Source: a virus
Virus record (IMG/VR): IMGVR_UViG_3300006810_000037
Span: 5,775-69,774 of that record
DNA: 64,000 bases
Direction: 5' to 3' (one strand)
The position numbers and the translations under genes were made by a program. Below the pieces are notes generated by a model that saw only the letters and a program-made list of their open reading frames with translations, made no database searches and was not told the DNA's origin. Numbering within the stretch: the stretch's first letter is position 1; each line of letters begins with the position of its first letter. This document shows positions 61,775-64,000 of this stretch, one piece after another.

Positions 61775-64000
61775 TCAGAGCTTGATGCGAAGCTCACCAG
61801 TTGAAGTCTTGTAGACGTCTCCAGTGACGAGTCCACCAGCTCCAGCTGCAGCATCGTCTGCATATGTAGCGAGTCCAGTAAAATTAATATCAGTGGCTTT
61901 TATTGTTCCGTTTACTTCTAGCTTCTCTCCAGGATTCGTCAACCCGATTCCGACTCGGCCGCCGGAGGTAATTCGCAGAGCTTCAGAACCTGGATTAGCA
62001 TTAGCAGTGTCTGGAGACCAGCCTATAGAGCCTGTATAAAATGCCAAAGCTGTTGGCATATCGCTAGCACCATTAAAATCTCCATCTGCGACACCTATGA
62101 GGGCTGCTGAATACAGAATGTTTGCTTCTGTACCATCAGTATGGTTGCCTCCGAAAGAAACACTTCCCAGCTGATTGTCTTCCACAATAGCAGCCTCTGT
62201 TCTATTCCTAGACAGCAAAAGCTTCCCAGAAAAGCTAGTGCTATTGTTAGCGTCGCCTCGCTTTGCAATTACTTCAATTCCTGGAGAAGATGCAGATGTA
62301 CTGCTATCAACAATTTTGATACCGCCAGTTGTGTTTGTTCCTACAATAGATAACTTTGCTTCAGGAGCCGTCGTACCGATCCCGACGAGGCCGCCGGATG
62401 TGATGTGTAGGCGATCATCATTATTAACCCTAAACGCTAAGTCGTCATCTAAATGATTATAAATTATTGCTCCAACATCTTCCTCGTCACTATCTCCAAA
62501 ATATACTGCGCTGGTTGCATTATTACCAGCTCCAAACTGTAAGTGAGTAGGCGAAGTATTTACGTTGTTACCGTTGTGAATGAATAATGTAGTCCCAGCA
62601 GCAGGAGCAGCTCCAGTCCAGGCCGCCCCTAAACGAGCAACTTCGAGTTTTACAGAAGGAACCGACGTCCCGATTCCAACGAGGGCGCCGGACGTGATGC
62701 GCATTCGTTCGTTTTGATTCGTACCAAAGGTAAGATTGCGGCTGTTTTTAGCGTTAAATCCCCAATCCAAATTGCCGTTAGTAATTATCTCTAGTCCATC
62801 GGGAATAGTGCTATTACCAAACGCTGCTACAGTCTCAGCAGTGTTAAACAGTGGGCTTTTAACATTTAAAAGTGAGACAGGAGCCGTCGTACCGATTCCG
62901 ACCAGGCCGTTTTTATCTACAACAAGACGTGGCGTTTCAGATGTATCAGTAGTTGTACTATCTTGCGTGCATAGTTCAATGCGAGTTGGCTTAAAGTTGG
63001 GTTCTACAGCAGACCAACTGCTACCGTCTTGCCTAAAAATAATAGAGCCAGCAGGCCCATAAACACTATTTCTTTGTCCTTCAATTCCAAACTTAAAGAC
63101 TTGCTCAGTTCCACCAGTTACATTAATTGAGCTTGTATTTGTACCCTTAAATTCAGCTACGCCACCCCGTATATGAAGCAACTCATCAGGAGCCGTCGTA
63201 CCGATTCCGACGTTGCCTGTACCGTCTAGATGCAGCGCTGTATTTTGTGCTGTTTGACCTCCACTAGGATCGTGAATTTTGAATTGAATGTAATTGTTTC
63301 CTGTGGTTGTTGTTGCGCTTTGTCTTGCAACAATAGAGTGATACCTTACACCGGAGTCTGTCCTAGAAGTGCGCAAAAATTCGCCTTCTACGTCAAGTGC
63401 TGAATGCTGAATAATCTGCGTTGGATATGTTCCGCTTGTTCCTTTAATGTCTAATTTCGCCCCAGGAACCGACGTTCCGATTCCGACGTTGCCGTCGGAG
63501 GTAATACGGAATCTTTCTGATCCTCCTGTCTCAAAAATTGTGCTTCTTGTTGTTGCTCCATTTACAAGAACGAAATCGCCAGAGTTTCTCTGAGTAAACT
63601 GGACATCACCCGCTGCATCGTCGTCCCTCAAGAAAATACTAGGAGAAATGGCTTGATCGTTTACCCTGAGATTTCCTGTTACGTGAAGTTTTTGGCTAGG
63701 ATTCGTCGTACCGATACCCACCCGGCCTGTATCATCAACAGTCAAACGATCAGTACCATTGGTTGTAATGCGAACTTCATTTGCAGCAGCATTATAAAAA
63801 CCAGTATTTGTATTATCAACAAAAGTAATCGAAGGCTCACTTTCTGTACCAGAAGCAAACAGTCCTGTGCTTAAAATTAAACCGCTTATTTCAAGATCTG
63901 TGAAAGAACCTGTTACAAAAATTCCACTAGTTGCTTGAATCGTATCTCCAGTAATTGTCGAGCCTGAAAGGTTTGTAAATACACCGCTCGTTCCTGAGAT
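61775..64000 (-). CDS. Tail fibre protein (5' partial)
   Basis: Frame is open to the window edge; repeated [RH]I...G.VGIGT..P...L units. Confidence 0.88.
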   Translation of the reverse strand: MSGTSGVFTNLSGSTITGDTIQATSGIFVTGSFTDLEISGLILSTGLFASGTESEPSITFVDNTNTGFYNAAANEVRITTNGTDRLTVDDTGRVGIGTTNPSQKLHVTGNLRVNDQAISPSIFLRDDDAAGDVQFTQRNSGDFVLVNGATTRSTIFETGGSERFRITSDGNVGIGTSVPGAKLDIKGTSGTYPTQIIQHSALDVEGEFLRTSRTDSGVRYHSIVARQSATTTTGNNYIQFKIHDPSGGQTAQNTALHLDGTGNVGIGTTAPDELLHIRGGVAEFKGTNTSSINVTGGTEQVFKFGIEGQRNSVYGPAGSIIFRQDGSSWSAVEPNFKPTRIELCTQDSTTTDTSETPRLVVDKNGLVGIGTTAPVSLLNVKSPLFNTAETVAAFGNSTIPDGLEIITNGNLDWGFNAKNSRNLTFGTNQNERMRITSGALVGIGTSVPSVKLEVARLGAAWTGAAPAAGTTLFIHNGNNVNTSPTHLQFGAGNNATSAVYFGDSDEEDVGAIIYNHLDDDLAFRVNNDDRLHITSGGLVGIGTTAPEAKLSIVGTNTTGGIKIVDSSTSASSPGIEVIAKRGDANNSTSFSGKLLLSRNRTEAAIVEDNQLGSVSFGGNHTDGTEANILYSAALIGVADGDFNGASDMPTALAFYTGSIGWSPDTANANPGSEALRITSGGRVGIGLTNPGEKLEVNGTIKATDINFTGLATYADDAAAGAGGLVTGDVYKTSTGELRIKL

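Noticed and set aside
61775-64000. Diversity-generating retroelement acting on the tail fibre
   Set aside because: No reverse transcriptase and no template/variable repeat pair with adenine-specific differences in the window

Overview
This 64-kb window is part of a tailed dsDNA phage genome, most likely a lytic cyanophage of picocyanobacteria. That assignment rests on a T7-type Tyr762 family A polymerase, a CP12-like peptide, a cyanobacterial-type boxA and several proteins resembling conserved cyanophage hypotheticals. Family names come from motif recognition only; no database was searched. The left half (1-30.2 kb, minus strand) is the virion and packaging module: terminase large subunit, portal, scaffold, major capsid protein, peptidoglycan hydrolases and many putative internal proteins. 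The capsid gene is split after codon 4 by a group I intron (13755-14577) that carries an HNH endonuclease gene on the opposite strand inside the P1 loop. At about 30.3-31.1 kb the strand switches across an AT-rich tract, a cluster of DnaA-box-like sites, sigma70-type promoters and an rRNA-leader-like boxB/boxA. The early region that follows is the most unusual part: its first genes are separated by RNA modules (three tRNA-like mini-structures, two type II hammerhead ribozymes bracketing one gene, and a bulged-stem motif), four of them ending in a shared ATCACCACTAAGA leader. This suggests a modular system that cuts the early transcript into single-gene RNAs and could circularise one of them. 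The right part holds tRNA-Leu(UAA), the replication genes, host-interaction genes, a GH19 endolysin and a partial tail fibre gene.
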